A DNA stretch of 64,000 bases from Lama guanicoe (Eukaryota), in NCBI GenBank assembly GCA_013239625.1, contig MU054166.1, positions 219,035-283,034 of the forward strand, in the 5' to 3' direction. Under the pieces are notes generated by a model. That model searched no databases and had not been told where the DNA came from. It saw nothing but the letters and a program-made list of their open reading frames with translations. The position numbers and the translations under genes were made by a program. This document shows positions 39,801-53,304 of this stretch, one piece after another (within the stretch, counting starts at the first letter, position 1; each line of letters begins with the position of its first letter).

Positions 39801-40235
39801 TAGGAGACACTAACACAGTGTTATATATTAAAGTATACTTCAAGAACAAACATACATACTAATAGAAAAAGAAACTGGATTTGTAATTAACAGAGGTAGG
39901 GGTTGAAAACGGAGTATTTGATTAATGCACTAAAAAGCTACAAACCTCCAGCCTTAAAATAAACGTGTTATAGGGATGCCCCGTAATAACATGAAAATTA
40001 CAATTAAAACTGCTTTATGTTCTATATGAATGTTGTTAAGAGAGCTAACCATAAGTTTTCCCATCACAACCAAAAGACAAATTGTATTTCTTTAAAATTG
40101 TATCTAAATGAAATAATTAATTCTCCCTAAAGTTGCTATGATATTTATTTCATTATAGTTGTAAATCAAATCACTAGCCTATGCAGCAAAACTGATGTTT
40201 TATGCTAATTCTATCTTATAAAAGTGGAAGGAAAA
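36836..40235 (+). mobile_element. LINE-1 ORF2/3'UTR plus an older L1M 3' end
   Basis: Paralog of 2900-5915; tttgcagatgac (FADD) at ~38150. Confidence 0.85.
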
Positions 40236-43200
40236 ATGGAAATTCAATGGTCATTTATTCCCATGACATTTCTCATGATTGTTTTTGCAGCAAGTAAACT
40301 TGAGTCATGATATACTTATCCTAGGTAAAGATACTAATAAATAAGTGATTCTAATAAATTATACATAAAGATACTAATAAAATTAGTGTTTTACCATGCC
40401 TTAAACTTTCTTCATGTTAACAGCCCACTGCTTCTGTAGGCATCAAAATTTCACTCTGTGTATTCATCTGAGATTAGGGAATGGATACAAATTTAAAACT
40501 GGCTGCTCTTGCTGTGAGTGATAAAGTTCAATGACTCTGACCAATGGTCTCAACTCCACAACAGCATCGGTAAGAAAAGAACATGCTAGGTTGCTTAAAA
40601 TCTCAGCATGGTAAAATCTTAGAACTCCTACAATTATTAACTGTTTTGAAATGGGAATGCAATAGAGACAAAGACTTGATTTTCGATAAAAATGTGGTGT
40701 TTTCTCATGTTTGCATTCGGGAATGTGAGGATAATCCCTGAGATCCACAACAAAGATTCTTGCTCAAGTGCTGGGCAAAGAAGTGTAAAGGTTCTGCATT
40801 ATTAGGACTGAGGACTGCTTTCAAAATGATGACTACGCTCACTCAATTCCAGGTAGTCCAAGGGAAGAAAGGATATTGCAGTTTCTAGGAGAACGGGAAT
40901 AAGTCAGTGACTCAGACTCTATAAATTAGTCAAATGGTGTCCAAAGCCAAAATAAGTTGTGTCAACAATGAAAATTAAAAGAAAAAAACACAGACATAAG
41001 CTTAAATTAAAAAGGCGATACAGTCCTGTTCTGGGATCTGGGGACTGGAGAATGTATATGCCTCAGTCCCATTCAAGGTTTGAGAGGCTTGGCCCAAGCA
41101 TCAGTTCGGGATTCAATGAGCAGGTAACAATTAGTACACTGGGAGAAATATAATCTACCTCTCCCAGATTGGAAGAAAATCTGGTGGCTCAATGAAACTC
41201 TTAATTCACAGAGATTCTGCCAGATGCAGAGGAATAATTCAATGATGACTCAACTAAGACAAACAGTTACTGCTTAACAATCCAACTTCACACACACACA
41301 CAGAGTGATAAAGAGATTTGTGGTATTTAGTGGGAAGAATTCAGTGGGCAGGGCTCAGAGAATAGTTTTCAAACACCAGCCAACTTTTGTACCTTTGCCA
41401 ATAGTCTAGATTTTCCCAGGTAGAAATCTACAGATGGACAAACAATATTCTTCTTTAGGATTTCTAATTTTGAAAGTAAACTGTTGCTTTAGACTTATCG
41501 TTATTGAACCTTGTTAAGATGATGATGGTAAGACCCACTCTCTGATAAGAGAGATGGAAACTAGCTGTTGAACCAGCCCATTTTTACCCCAGACTGCTAA
41601 TGTAAACAACAACATAGCCACCATCAGTTTCAGCTGACAAACTTAAAAGCTTGATTTTCTGTTGTAGGAAGAGCCAATGCTGTCAAGACACAGTTCTCCA
41701 TCTGCAAGTGGTCTCTATTCTTCTCTTGGTAAAGGTCATATTGTTGGGATGTTGCTAGAGTTCACCCTGGCCCATGTGCCCATTCTCCAGATTATTAAAT
41801 GCTTTCATCAAAACTGGTAACAAATTTTAAGTACTCAATTCTACCATTCCAGTCTTATCAGCTGACACTGGCTACATCATGGTGAGCAGAAGCCTTAGGC
41901 TCCCTGACCTTGCCTACAATTTTTCCAGCATTTCAGGGCATTTCACATTATGAAAATGCTTCACCTTTTATTTTAAATTAATGGGAAATTGTCAAAGACT
42001 TCCATCAATATTTTATATTTCCTAATATCTGTATAAATTTAGTATTCTTGCAGTTGGACAAATTTTTAATTCTACCACCCTCACCTCATTCTAGTCCACA
42101 CTCTTAGATTGCAATTAGGTTACTGAACACCACCACCTCAACCAAGGGACTAGTACCTCTTAGATACTTCCTGTGTGAAGGTAAGAAGGGGCACAAGTTA
42201 TGTGGGGTGTAAAAACCTACATTAACTCTTTGCAATGTCACTGTCTCTTGTGGACAAAGCTCTGATTCTAAGAAGTAAATTAATTAGAAGGCAGTATAGT
42301 TATTGGTATGCGGAAGAGAATCAGCTCTTTTGGGATGGGTGGGTGATGAAGAGACAGGAAAATATCCAGCAAATGAGAATGAAATGCCTTAGGCCTCTGG
42401 AGGTATGAATTAAGAAGAAAATAATACTTTGTCTCCTGTATCTACCTCCAATATCTGTCTTGATTGACTAGTCCTTGGGCTATGAAACGTGCTAGTTTGT
42501 GGTGAAGAGTAAAGACCATAATGAAATAGTTAGAAAACCATGAGAGTTTTGCTGTTTCAGGACAGTAGATTTTGTTAAAGTCAACATGAATTTTTCATTC
42601 ACTGAATACAAAAATGCATCCTGTGGCATGTGCTGTTTTCTGTGCTTGTATCCAAGTAAGACGAGGAAAGGGGGATAGACAGAAAACATCTGTAGGAGTT
42701 GATTTCTGTGCTGAGACGGGGATAGTCTAAGTAGGTAAAAGGAGGACAGCCAAAGTCCAAGGATAAGCTGGGTAAAAAGTGTTGAGTTTGGAGCTAAAAT
42801 TGTTGACAAGCATTTGCCTGGATGTATGTCCAGATACAGTGAAACACAAAGATATGCCAAGGTAGTCAGATGCCAGATTTATAAAGTAATGACTAAACTA
42901 AGTTGAGTTTGTTTGCTTAAATTTGAAAAGGCATTAAGTGCCACCCTGAGGACGTAAGCTTGTCTTTGGCTGGAACATAAAAGCAAGATAAAGTATTGAG
43001 TAGAAAATATAGTGTAGACACTTGAGGGCAGGAAATGAAACCACTAATTGTAATGCTTTGAGAACAGCACAAAGAAGACGATAGATAAAATTACGTTTTA
43101 AATTCTACCACATGCTGAATGTGCCATCTGAGACTACATCATGTGACATTTTTGATTCCAGGGATGACATAATTGAGACCATGATCCCTGGGCCGGTTCC

Positions 43201-43490
43201 TGCATTTATCTCCTGTTCCAACCTATCTTAATTTAACACTTTTCGTACTTTACAGGATGAACCAGAAACCAATTAGTACTTTTCCCTCTCTCCATGTTTT
43301 ATTCCTTTTCCAAATTCATCCATTTTTTCTTCTTCCTTTCAAGAAATTATTTAAATTAACTCCCATATTGTTCCATCAAAAGATCATATCAATCAAGTAT
43401 CTATTTTTTCTTTAAATAGCAACTTAGTCTCTCGTTTAACTCTTTACTCTACTTGAAAAAAAATAAAGAAAATACAGGTACACATCTATT

Positions 43491-43496
43491 TTTATT
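43491..43496 (-). terminator. Putative HSFY polyadenylation signal AATAAA
   Basis: About 90 nt after the stop and followed by a GU/U-rich tract. The paralogous site in copy A (9181-9186) reads AACAAA. Confidence 0.65.
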
Positions 43497-43586
43497 GCCC
43501 CCAAAAAATTACAGATATTTGTCGACGTTTGCCTACATCAATTTTAATCTTTGTTATCCTGCATAATCTGGTAGTCCTCTGGTACA

Positions 43587-45273
43587 TCAGCTGTAATTAG
43601 GATGACGTTCATAAACTGAAAATTGCTGATGAGTTGGCCTTGAAAGAGATGTAGCTGATGTTTCTGATATCACTGGCACTGGAAAGTGTGGGTTGAAGGT
43701 TGATCCCTGGTTGAAGTTTAGGAAAATGACCTTCATTGGCAGATATGTCATGATATCTGTTTGGAAAAGCAGAAGGCTCCACCATCAGTCCAAAATAATT
43801 GCTCTATATGAGAGAGAAGATGCTGTGCTGAGAAGTAGAAATTGAAGTTGTAATGGAGTTCACAACATGGCCATTTGCTTCATTGTAGCTACTTTGAGAG
43901 TGCTCGAGGACAATGTTCAACTGATTTAAATTACCTCATTGATACACTGCAATTTGTTCTGGTGGTCTAAGTGACATTGATGATGGAGGAGAGAAATCAC
44001 CTCTGATCGGGATAGTTGTATCACCAATTATGGGGCTACTAGAGGGCTTTCTTATTAGAGTCATATTTAAATTGCAGAAGGTAAAAATGCACTTTCTCCA
44101 CTAGTGTCAGTCACAAAACCAGAAATATGATAGTCCATATTACCCCCTGCTTTAAAGTGCTTCTTGTTGATATCTTCAGCCAATGAAGACACCAGAGAGG
44201 AATTTTTAATCCCAACTCTTCTTTTTATTCTCACAAAAAGCTGGGGACAACATCATTAAAATTTGGATTATGATACAACTGCAGCTACTACCAAAGGAGA
44301 AACATTTTTGTAATATATTAACCAAAATATAAGACTACAAAAAGGCTAACCTATTAAACCACAGATTCCACGTTTACTATGCATAGATAATATTATCAAA
44401 ATATAAACATTGCTAACGATAGTGTGAAGTTCCTTAATTGGAATATACACATTTAAATAGTATACTCATCAAATTTAATGACTTAGCATTTGCAGTAATG
44501 GTGAACGCCACTTTTTAAAAACAGCTTTAATAGCTTTATTTAGATTTCTGGAAAGATTCATAGTTGAAAGCAAAGTTTCCCTTAATCTTGACTACTTAAG
44601 GCACTGTCCTCATTTTTTAGAGAAAATAAAGGATTCTAGCCTTAGTAATCTTTTACAATTTTCAAAATCTAGCTTTACATTTATATTACCATTGATTGAT
44701 ATACAAAATAAATTTTTATATATAAGTTACCAAGTGGTAATTAAAATTTGTCAATACCTTTCTTAAAACAGAGGCTACNNNNNNNNNNNNNNNNNNNNNN
44801 NNNNNNNNNNNNNNNNNNNNNNNNNNNNNNNNNNNNNNNNNNNNNNNNNNNNNNNNNNNNNNNNNNNNNNNNNNNNNNNNNNNNNNNNNNNNNNNNNNNN
44901 NNNNNNNNNNNNNNNNNNNNNNNNNNNNNNNNNNNNNNNNNNNNNNNNNNNNNNNNNNNNNNNNNNNNNNNNNNNNNNNNNNNNNNNNNNNNNNNNNNNN
45001 NNNNNNNNNNNNNNNNNNATTTTCCAGACTTGGAAATTTCAGAGAATGAAATTCATTATCTTCATCTGGTACAGAGACATAATGTGGGTAACATGGTGTT
45101 TTTATTAAGGATTCTTCAGACAAAATCTGAAAAGCATTTTATTCAATCATAGACCTCAAGTCCAAGTCCCCAGAGAATGTTTGATCACACAATAGAGAAC
45201 TTCCGGAATTTCCTGAACCAGTTGGTCCATACTTAGGAGACACACCTTGAATTTCTGAAGGAATATGTGGCAT
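43587..45273 (-). pseudogene. HSFY: HSFY pseudogene, copy B (exon 1 45273-44758, intron 44757-44285, exon 2 44284-43587; most of the DNA-binding domain lies in N-gap 44779-45018)
   Basis: MPHIPSEIQGVSPK..FSGDLDLRSMIE*NAFQILSEES.. / LQLYHNPNF..RIKRRVGIKN..HPNYS*. The GT-AG intron is intact (473 bp). Lesions: TAA at codon 45 (45139-41), -5 at ~45028, -1 plus TGA at ~44255, -1 at ~44071, TAG at 43804-06, +7 at ~43695. Confidence 0.96.
44779..45018. other. Assembly gap (others at 3211-3315, 3913-4425, 17395-17443, 36976-37222, 48336-48499, 63055-63092)
   Basis: Runs of N. Confidence 0.99.
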
Positions 45274-45405
45274 CTCAAATAACTTTTTCTATAGCTACTT
45301 TTCTAATCTGCATGATTTTGAGCACTGCAGCTTCAAATGCTGCTTTGGCAGGGCTGCACAGGTAAACTGCTAGGCCTTCACCATGGTTCTCAACTTGAGT
45401 AGCTG

Positions 45406-45437
45406 TGACATCACAAAACGACTGGTCTCCCAGCAAC
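45406..45437 (-). promoter_or_regulatory. HSFY promoter module, copy B (CRE-like site and X-box; CCAAT reads CCAGT)
   Basis: TGACATCA 45406-13; GTCTCCCAGCAAC 45425-37. Confidence 0.55.
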
Positions 45438-46639
45438 TCAAGTGTAACATTCAGCCAGTGTTTATTTCTCATTCATCCAGTAAAAATGATACAGATAGGA
45501 TGCTTGTTTTTATAGTCTGATCTGCAAATATTATCCCAACAATATCTTTTTAAATAATTTAATTATGGGGTCTATGAAATAAAACCAATCTCCAAACTTT
45601 TGTACAAAAATTTATACCAGATTTGTAAACAGAGTATAAATAATGCACAAAATATATAAAATAATTTTAAAGTTTTGGAATTTAAAGTGAAATTTGTGTA
45701 AAACCTGTACAGAAAATACATATCTATTTCAAAATCATTTGTAATTAAAGTGAAACATAATTTGATTTGGAAATGGAAGTATGTATTTATCTGTGTACTT
45801 TATAATAAGTATCTCTATATTCAAAACATGAGCAGAATAAATATGTTTATTTGTTTTGTTTAAAAATAAATGGTAAATAATTATGAAATAAAATTAGAAA
45901 GAAATAATGAATCAAATTTAAGAAATCCCAAAGGGCAGAATTTTGTTTTTAATTGTAATTCAGTTCTATAAGTTAAAAAATGTAATTTAATATTCTACTT
46001 TAAAATTAGAAAAGAGAAAATCTTATTGTATATTTATCAATGTTTATCTTTGACTTTCTTTCACTCAGAGGTTTTTCAGTCCCTAGAAGGAATAAATTTT
46101 CTTATCATCTTTATAATCCATAACCTTGTGGCTTCTGTTAAGTGTTCCAAAATGATGTTGATAAATACACTTATGCACAAGATCCTGGGTTCAATAAGCC
46201 GTGCCTCCATTAAGGGGCAAACAAAGAAACAATCAAAAAACAAAAAATAACACTATATGTGTGTTGGGTGGAAAAGACCAGGTAATGAATTTTAGGAAGC
46301 AATATGTATTTCAGTCCTGAAACAGTTGATATTGTTAGTAAAATATGGCATTTTAAGGCAAGTGTTTTGTTCTTTAATTGTAAATAGCTATGTTCTGTAT
46401 CAGTAAACTTTAGTAAATTCAGTTCTACCAAAAGTTATATTATTTATTTAGATATAAATTCCATTAAACATAAACCAAATTCAAAATAAGAGATAAAGTT
46501 TTTAAATAAGTAAATGTGCACCCAAGCTAGAATGTAAATTTATTTTTCAGTATGTGTGCATTCCATTCTAAATAAACATTAGCAACCTGAATTCATTGCA
46601 TATTATAAGTATTATAAAATATAGTTATGTATGATTTAG

Positions 46640-47890
46640 TCCTGATTCATAATATTACTTAACATATGCAAATCTATATATGTGATACAATCCCTTAAAT
46701 AGCTGAGAATTCAAAAACAATAATCTCAAAAAATGTAGGAAAATTATTCATAGGTCTGATCTTTATATTTTTATAAAAATATTATTTACAAATATACTTT
46801 AAACAGAATGTAACTAAAGATAATAAAAGCCATATATGAAAAACCCATGACTAACATCAAGTTCAATGTTAACATACAGGAATGTTTTCCTCTGGTCCAG
46901 TAATAAGAAAAGGTAGCTCATTCTCACAAATACTAAGTTACACAACTTGAAGTCCTAGCCAGAACAACTAGTCAAGAAAAAATATAAAGGCATTCAACTT
47001 GTAAAAAAACAGTAAAATTTTTACAGATGACTTAATTATGCATAGATAGAAAACTCCATAGAATCCTCCAGTGACTGCAACAAATAATGAACAAACTTAG
47101 TAAACTTGCAGAATACAAAATCAATATACAAATTTCCATTGCTTTTTAATATATTAACAACAAATTATGAGAAAGAGAAATCAGGAAAACAATTGTGCGT
47201 ATATTTATACATAATAGAATAAACTAGAAATACATTTGATAAGTGAAATAAAAGATCTAAACATAGATCTATAAGTTACAGTTTCAAGAAATATAAGTAA
47301 ACAAAATAAATAGAAAGATATTCTCTGATTATGGATTGTATACAATGTGAGGAACTATTCTTATCTATCATTTACATGTTCAATCTCCCTTGTACTACTT
47401 ATTGAGGAGAATGTCTATTCTTCATTTTATACTCTTGCTTCCTTTTTCATGGGTAAATTGATCATAAGTGTGAAGGATTATATCTGGGTGCTCTATTCTC
47501 TTCTATTGACTGCTGTCTGTTTTTGAGCCAGTATCATGTAGTTTAAATTACTAAAGCTTTGTTGAGCTGTTTAACATCAGAGAACATTACACTATTAGAT
47601 TTAATAAACTTTTTCAAGATTATTTTGTCAACTCATGATCTATGTGTTTACATATAAATTTTGAAATTAACTGTTCTATTAAATGGAAAAGTCTCATGGG
47701 TACTATGACATGAATCACACTAAATTTAGATTGCTTTGTGTAGTATGGTTGTTTCAGCCACATTGTTTCACATCATTAACATAAGAGATCTTTTCATTTC
47801 TATTTCTTTGGATATAATTTCCTTCATCAATGTTTTCTATTTTTTAATGTATAGGTTTTCTTCTTATTTGTTAACTTCATTTCTACACAT
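46640..47890. mobile_element. LINE-1 ORF2 fragments (plus strand, then minus strand)
   Basis: Paralog of 12330-13570. Confidence 0.8.
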
Positions 47891-47946
47891 ACTTTTCATA
47901 TATATATAATTATATATATATTATATTTCTAAACACATTTCCTACA

Positions 47947-50900
47947 CAAATACAAAAGGCAGAAGGCAGTGGCAAGACATATTCAAAGTCCTGAATGAAA
48001 GAAAGCTGAAATCTAAGATAATTTATCAAGCAAGGCTATCCTTTAGAATAGAAGGAGAGATAAATAATTTCCAGACAAGCAAATACTGAAAGAATTTAGC
48101 AACAGAAAAATAAATAATGAAAGATCTTCTCTAAAAAAAAGAAGCAGGATGCTATAGAAAAGAGAAAGGCATAATTAGAAAGGCAATAGCTACAATGTCT
48201 GACAATAGAATAAACATGATGTTGTAAAAGAGGACATCAAAAATTTAAGGGTCAAAGAGTGAAACAGGAAAATACAGAGTATTTTCTTCTTGTTTCTGTT
48301 CTCTATAGGAGGGGTAAGAGTTGCATTCCTTTCAGNNNNNNNNNNNNNNNNNNNNNNNNNNNNNNNNNNNNNNNNNNNNNNNNNNNNNNNNNNNNNNNNN
48401 NNNNNNNNNNNNNNNNNNNNNNNNNNNNNNNNNNNNNNNNNNNNNNNNNNNNNNNNNNNNNNNNNNNNNNNNNNNNNNNNNNNNNNNNNNNNNNNNNNNA
48501 CACATTATTTGAAAGTCAGAAGATGGAATAGCATATTCCATGCTAATGAACATGACAAGAAAGCAGGAATAGCAGTTCTGACTTCACACAAAATAGACTT
48601 TACATGAAAGGCCTAAAGATAAACAAGGACATGATATAATGCTTAAAGGAGCAATAAAAATTGAGCATATTAAACTCATTAAGATATATGCACTCAATAT
48701 AGGAGCACCTAAATACATAAAGCAAATACTAAAAGATAAAAAGGGAGAAATGGATGGGAACACAATCATAGTAGGAGACTATAACCTCCCATTACCATCA
48801 CTAGAATTGTCTTTCAGACAGAAATTTAAAAAGGGAACAATGATAAAAAAGATACAATAAAATAATTGGAGTTGGTTGATATTTCCAAAACAGTTTTCCT
48901 CCTCAAACAGAATATACATTCTTTTCCAGTTCAAATGGAATATTTTCAAAGAAAGATTATGTATTCAGGCACAGAAGAAGCCTGAACAAATTTAAGAAGA
49001 TAAAAATTATTTCAAGCATCTTTTGTGAGTATAATACCATGAAACTAGAAATCCTTCAAGGAAAAACAGTGAGAAAAATGACTGCATGAAAATTAAACAC
49101 CATGGTACTAAGACAAGTGGGGCAGGTAAAGAAGTAAAAGAAGAAATTAAAAAATATCTTGAGAAATATGTCAAAACACTACACAAAATCTATGGAATAC
49201 ACTTAAAGCAGGCTTAAGAGGGAAGTTCATAGTGACAAGGCACTCCTCAAAGTAGAAGAGCAATTTCAAATAAATAATGTAATGTTCTATGTAAACTAAT
49301 CATGATAGAAGAGCAAACAAAACCAAAAGTCAGCAGAAAGAGAGAAATAAAAAAGATCAAGGAAGAAATAATTGAAATACACATTAAAAAATAGAAAAAA
49401 TCAATCAAACTGTTTCTTGAAATAGTAAACATATTTGACAAAACTCTGGACAGGCTCACCAACAAGAAAAGAGAGAGAACACAAATAATATAAAAATGAA
49501 AATGGAGAAACTACAAAGAGTACAACAAACTTACAATATATCATAAGGGAATAACATGAGCAACTGTATGGAAACAAACTGGATAACCAGGAAGAAAAGG
49601 AGAAGATTTTGGAAACATTCAGCCCACCAATATTGCATCAATAAGAAATTAACCATTTGAACAGACAGATCACCAGAAATGGAATAGAATTATCAATACA
49701 ATAAAAAATATCTGCTAACAAAAATTCAGACCCAAATAGCTTCACTAGGGAATTTAACCATACAAAGAAAAATCCATACAAGTCCTCCTCATACTCTTCC
49801 AAAATATTGATATGGAGAGAGTACACACAAACTCACATGGTAGGCCAACATCAACCTGATACGAAAACCAGACAAAGGCCCTACCCCAAGAGAAAACTAT
49901 AGGCCAATATCATTGATAAACATAGATGTAAATATCCTTAAGAAAGTATTAACAAACAGAATCCAATAGCATGTAAAAAAAGAACATACACCATGGTCAA
50001 GTTAGGTTCATCCCAGGAACACAAGATGGTTTCACTTATGTAAATCAATCAATCAATTGTGATACACCATATCAATAACAGAGAAGACAAAAAACCACAT
50101 GATCATCTCAGTAGATGCAGAGAAAGCATTTGATAAACATTAACACCTATTTGCAATAAAAGTTGCCCATTCTCAGAATTTCAATTCAATATAGTCATGG
50201 AATTCCTATCCACAACGATCAGGCGGGGAAAATAATAAAAGGATTGAGACTGGAAAAGAAGAGGCAAAATTGCCATGATATGCAGAAATGACACTATATA
50301 GAGAAAACTGTGAAAGCTTCACAAAAAATACTTAGGCTAGAAAAGGAACTGGGCAATGTACCCAGATTAATGTACAAATACCAATTGCATTTCTTTACAC
50401 TACCATTGAATCAAAAGGAAAACAAAATATAGAGACAACCGTTTTTATAACTGCACCCAAAACTATAAAATGCTTACAAATAAATCTGACCAAGGAGGTG
50501 AATGAATTATACATGAAGAACTAGAAAACATTGATTGAGGAATTCAAGAAATATTTGAAGTTTGAAAAGATACCCAATGGTCTCTAATGGAAGAAAAAAA
50601 TGGTTAAAATGGTCATACTGCCCAAGGCAATCCCCAGAATTAATGTGATTTCCTATCAAATTATGCAAAACTTTTCTTTTTGGGACTGAAACAAATGATC
50701 CTAAGATTTACATAGAGTCATAAAACATCCATAATTTCCAAAGAAATATTACGGATAAAGAAAGAGGCTGGAAGAATAAACCACCAGTTCTCCATACACT
50801 ACTGCAGAGCTACAATAATCAAAGTGACATGATATTGGTACAGAAACAGGCATATGAACCAATGGAACAGAATAGAGGGCCTAGGAATAAATCTACAGGC

Positions 50901-52375
50901 CTATGTTCTATTAATCTTTGACAGAGTAGCCAGGAATATGACAGAGAAAAGGACATCTCTTCACCAAATGTTGTTGGGAAAATTGGATAGCAGCATCAGA
51001 GCAATGAGTTAGAGCAATCATTCACTCCATACACAAGAATAAACTCAAAATGGGTTGAAGAATTAAATGTAAGGCAAGACACAGTATATCTCCTAGAAGA
51101 AAACATACGCAAAACACTCTGATATAAATCTCAGCAATGATCTCCTAGAACAGCCTACCCAGGTAATGGGTGTAAGAGCAAAATTAATAAATGGGACCTA
51201 ATTAAACTTATAAGCTTTTGCACAGCAAAGGGAACCATAAACAATGCCAAATGACAACCTAATATATTAAAGAAAATATTTAGAATTCATGCAAATGACA
51301 GTCTTAATATCCAAAATATAAAGACTTCATACAACGTAATAATAATAATAAAAAAAAAACCAATCTGGGCAGAAGCCCTAAACAAGCATTTCTCCAATAG
51401 AGACATACAAATGCCACATAGATATGTGAAAAATAATATTGCTCCATATCATTATCAGAGAAAGGCAATTCAAAACTGTAATGAAGTATCACCTCACAAT
51501 AGTCACAATGGCCATTATTCAAAGTTCCACAAATATTAAATGCTGGCATTGCTGTGGAGAAAGGGGACCCTCCTACACTGCTGGAAGGAATGTAGTTTGG
51601 TGCAGTCATTGTGGAAACCAGGATGGGGATTCCTCTTAAGTATAAAAATAGACTTAACATACGATCCAGCATTCCCACTTCTGGGTATACATCAAAGGGA
51701 ACCATAATTCAACAAGACACCTGCAACCCAATGTTCTTAGCAGTGCTATATACAACAGCCATGACATGGAAGCAACCTAATTGTCCAACAACATATGACA
51801 GTATTCAGAAATTATGCTGTATTTACAGAAATTATATTTACACAATGGAATAATATTCTGCAATAAAAAATGATAAAACAATGACATTTGCAGCAAAATT
51901 GATGTCCCCAAATAGTGTCATTCTAATTGAAGTAAGTCAGAAAGAGAAAGAAAATTAATACATGACATGATATATGTGGAATCTTGAAAAAAATTTGGAT
52001 GAGGACACTATGATTTCATCTACAAAACTGAAACACAGTCACAAATCTACTAAACAATTTTATGAATACTGCGGAAAGGGGCTCTGAGAGGATATATTTG
52101 GGAGCTGTAGATTCATAAATTATTTTCACTACATATAAAAATAGATTTTTTCAAAATTTCTGTCATATGACACAGGACAGAAAGTCAAATATTGTGAAGT
52201 AATGTTTAATAGGCACAAAAATATATGCATGTAAGGGGACACTGTGCTATACACCATAGATTGACACATTGTAAATGATAGTACTTCAATGATAAATAAA
52301 TGAATAAATATGTACATAGGTAAATTAAATAAATAAATAAATAATAACAAAATAAAAATATTTAAAAATAAATGA
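47947..52375 (+). mobile_element. 5'-truncated LINE-1
   Basis: Paralog of 13617-17905; ORF 48639 (IYALNIGAPKYIKQILKDKKGEMDGNTIIVGDYN) is the L1 endonuclease. Confidence 0.93.
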
Positions 52376-52384
52376 AATACAAAT

Positions 52385-53186
52385 ATTCACACTACTTAAC
52401 GTTACACATCAAGGATCAAGGAGAAAACAGAAACAATAAAGAAGAAAATTGAATGAATGTGAGTAAGGCAAATAACCAGAGAAACAATTGAAAAGATAAA
52501 AAAAAATTACCTAAGTATATTTCTTTTAAACAAAAACTGGGCAAATGTTTAGGTTGGCTAAGAAAATAAAGACTCAAATATAATTAGAAATAAAACAGAA
52601 GATATTACAACTGATGTTGTAGAGATGCAAAGCATCATAAGAAATTACCACTAGCCAACGATTTGAATGACTTAGAAAAAAAGACCAATTCCCAGAAACA
52701 TATGTCTTCCAATATTGAATCAAGAAGAAATTGGAAAGATAATAGGGCAAAAGTGTGTTTGAGTAAGTCAAAAATCAAACTTCCAAAACCAGAAAAAATT
52801 TACAGGACAACATTACTGGTGAATTCTGTCATACAGTTGAAAACAATTTTCACCAATTCTTCCCCAAATCTTCCAAGAATTTGAAGGGTGTGAAAGATTC
52901 CATACATGTTTTATGATGCGAGCTTTATTTGCTTAACAGGCTAGAAAGGACATTACATGCAAAATATAGAATATTATCCCTGATGAACATATGTACCAAA
53001 ATTATCAACAAAACACAAGCAAAATGAATCCAACAACACATTTAATTTATCATAAACATACATGAGTAAAGGGATTTATCCCTGGGTTTAAGGATACGTC
53101 AAACTATTCAAATCAATAAAGGTGACATGCCACACTAATAGAATGAGTAAAAGAACTCACATAATCATCTCAATAGGTTCAGAAAA
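52385..53186 (+). mobile_element. LINE-1 ORF2 fragment
   Basis: Paralog of 17910-18710. Confidence 0.8.
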
Positions 53187-53252
53187 TGTTTATCAGTTCA
53201 GCCCATGGTCTCATTCTCTAGAGTCTTCAGACAGGAGCCTAAAAATCCAACA
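53187..53252 (-). mobile_element. 66-bp remnant of the solo LTR
   Basis: Matches 19155-19220; the rest of the LTR is absent. Confidence 0.75.
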
Positions 53253-53304
53253 TCCCTTGACAGAAAAATGGATGAAGAAAATTTGATGTATATATGCAAT
53301 GGAA

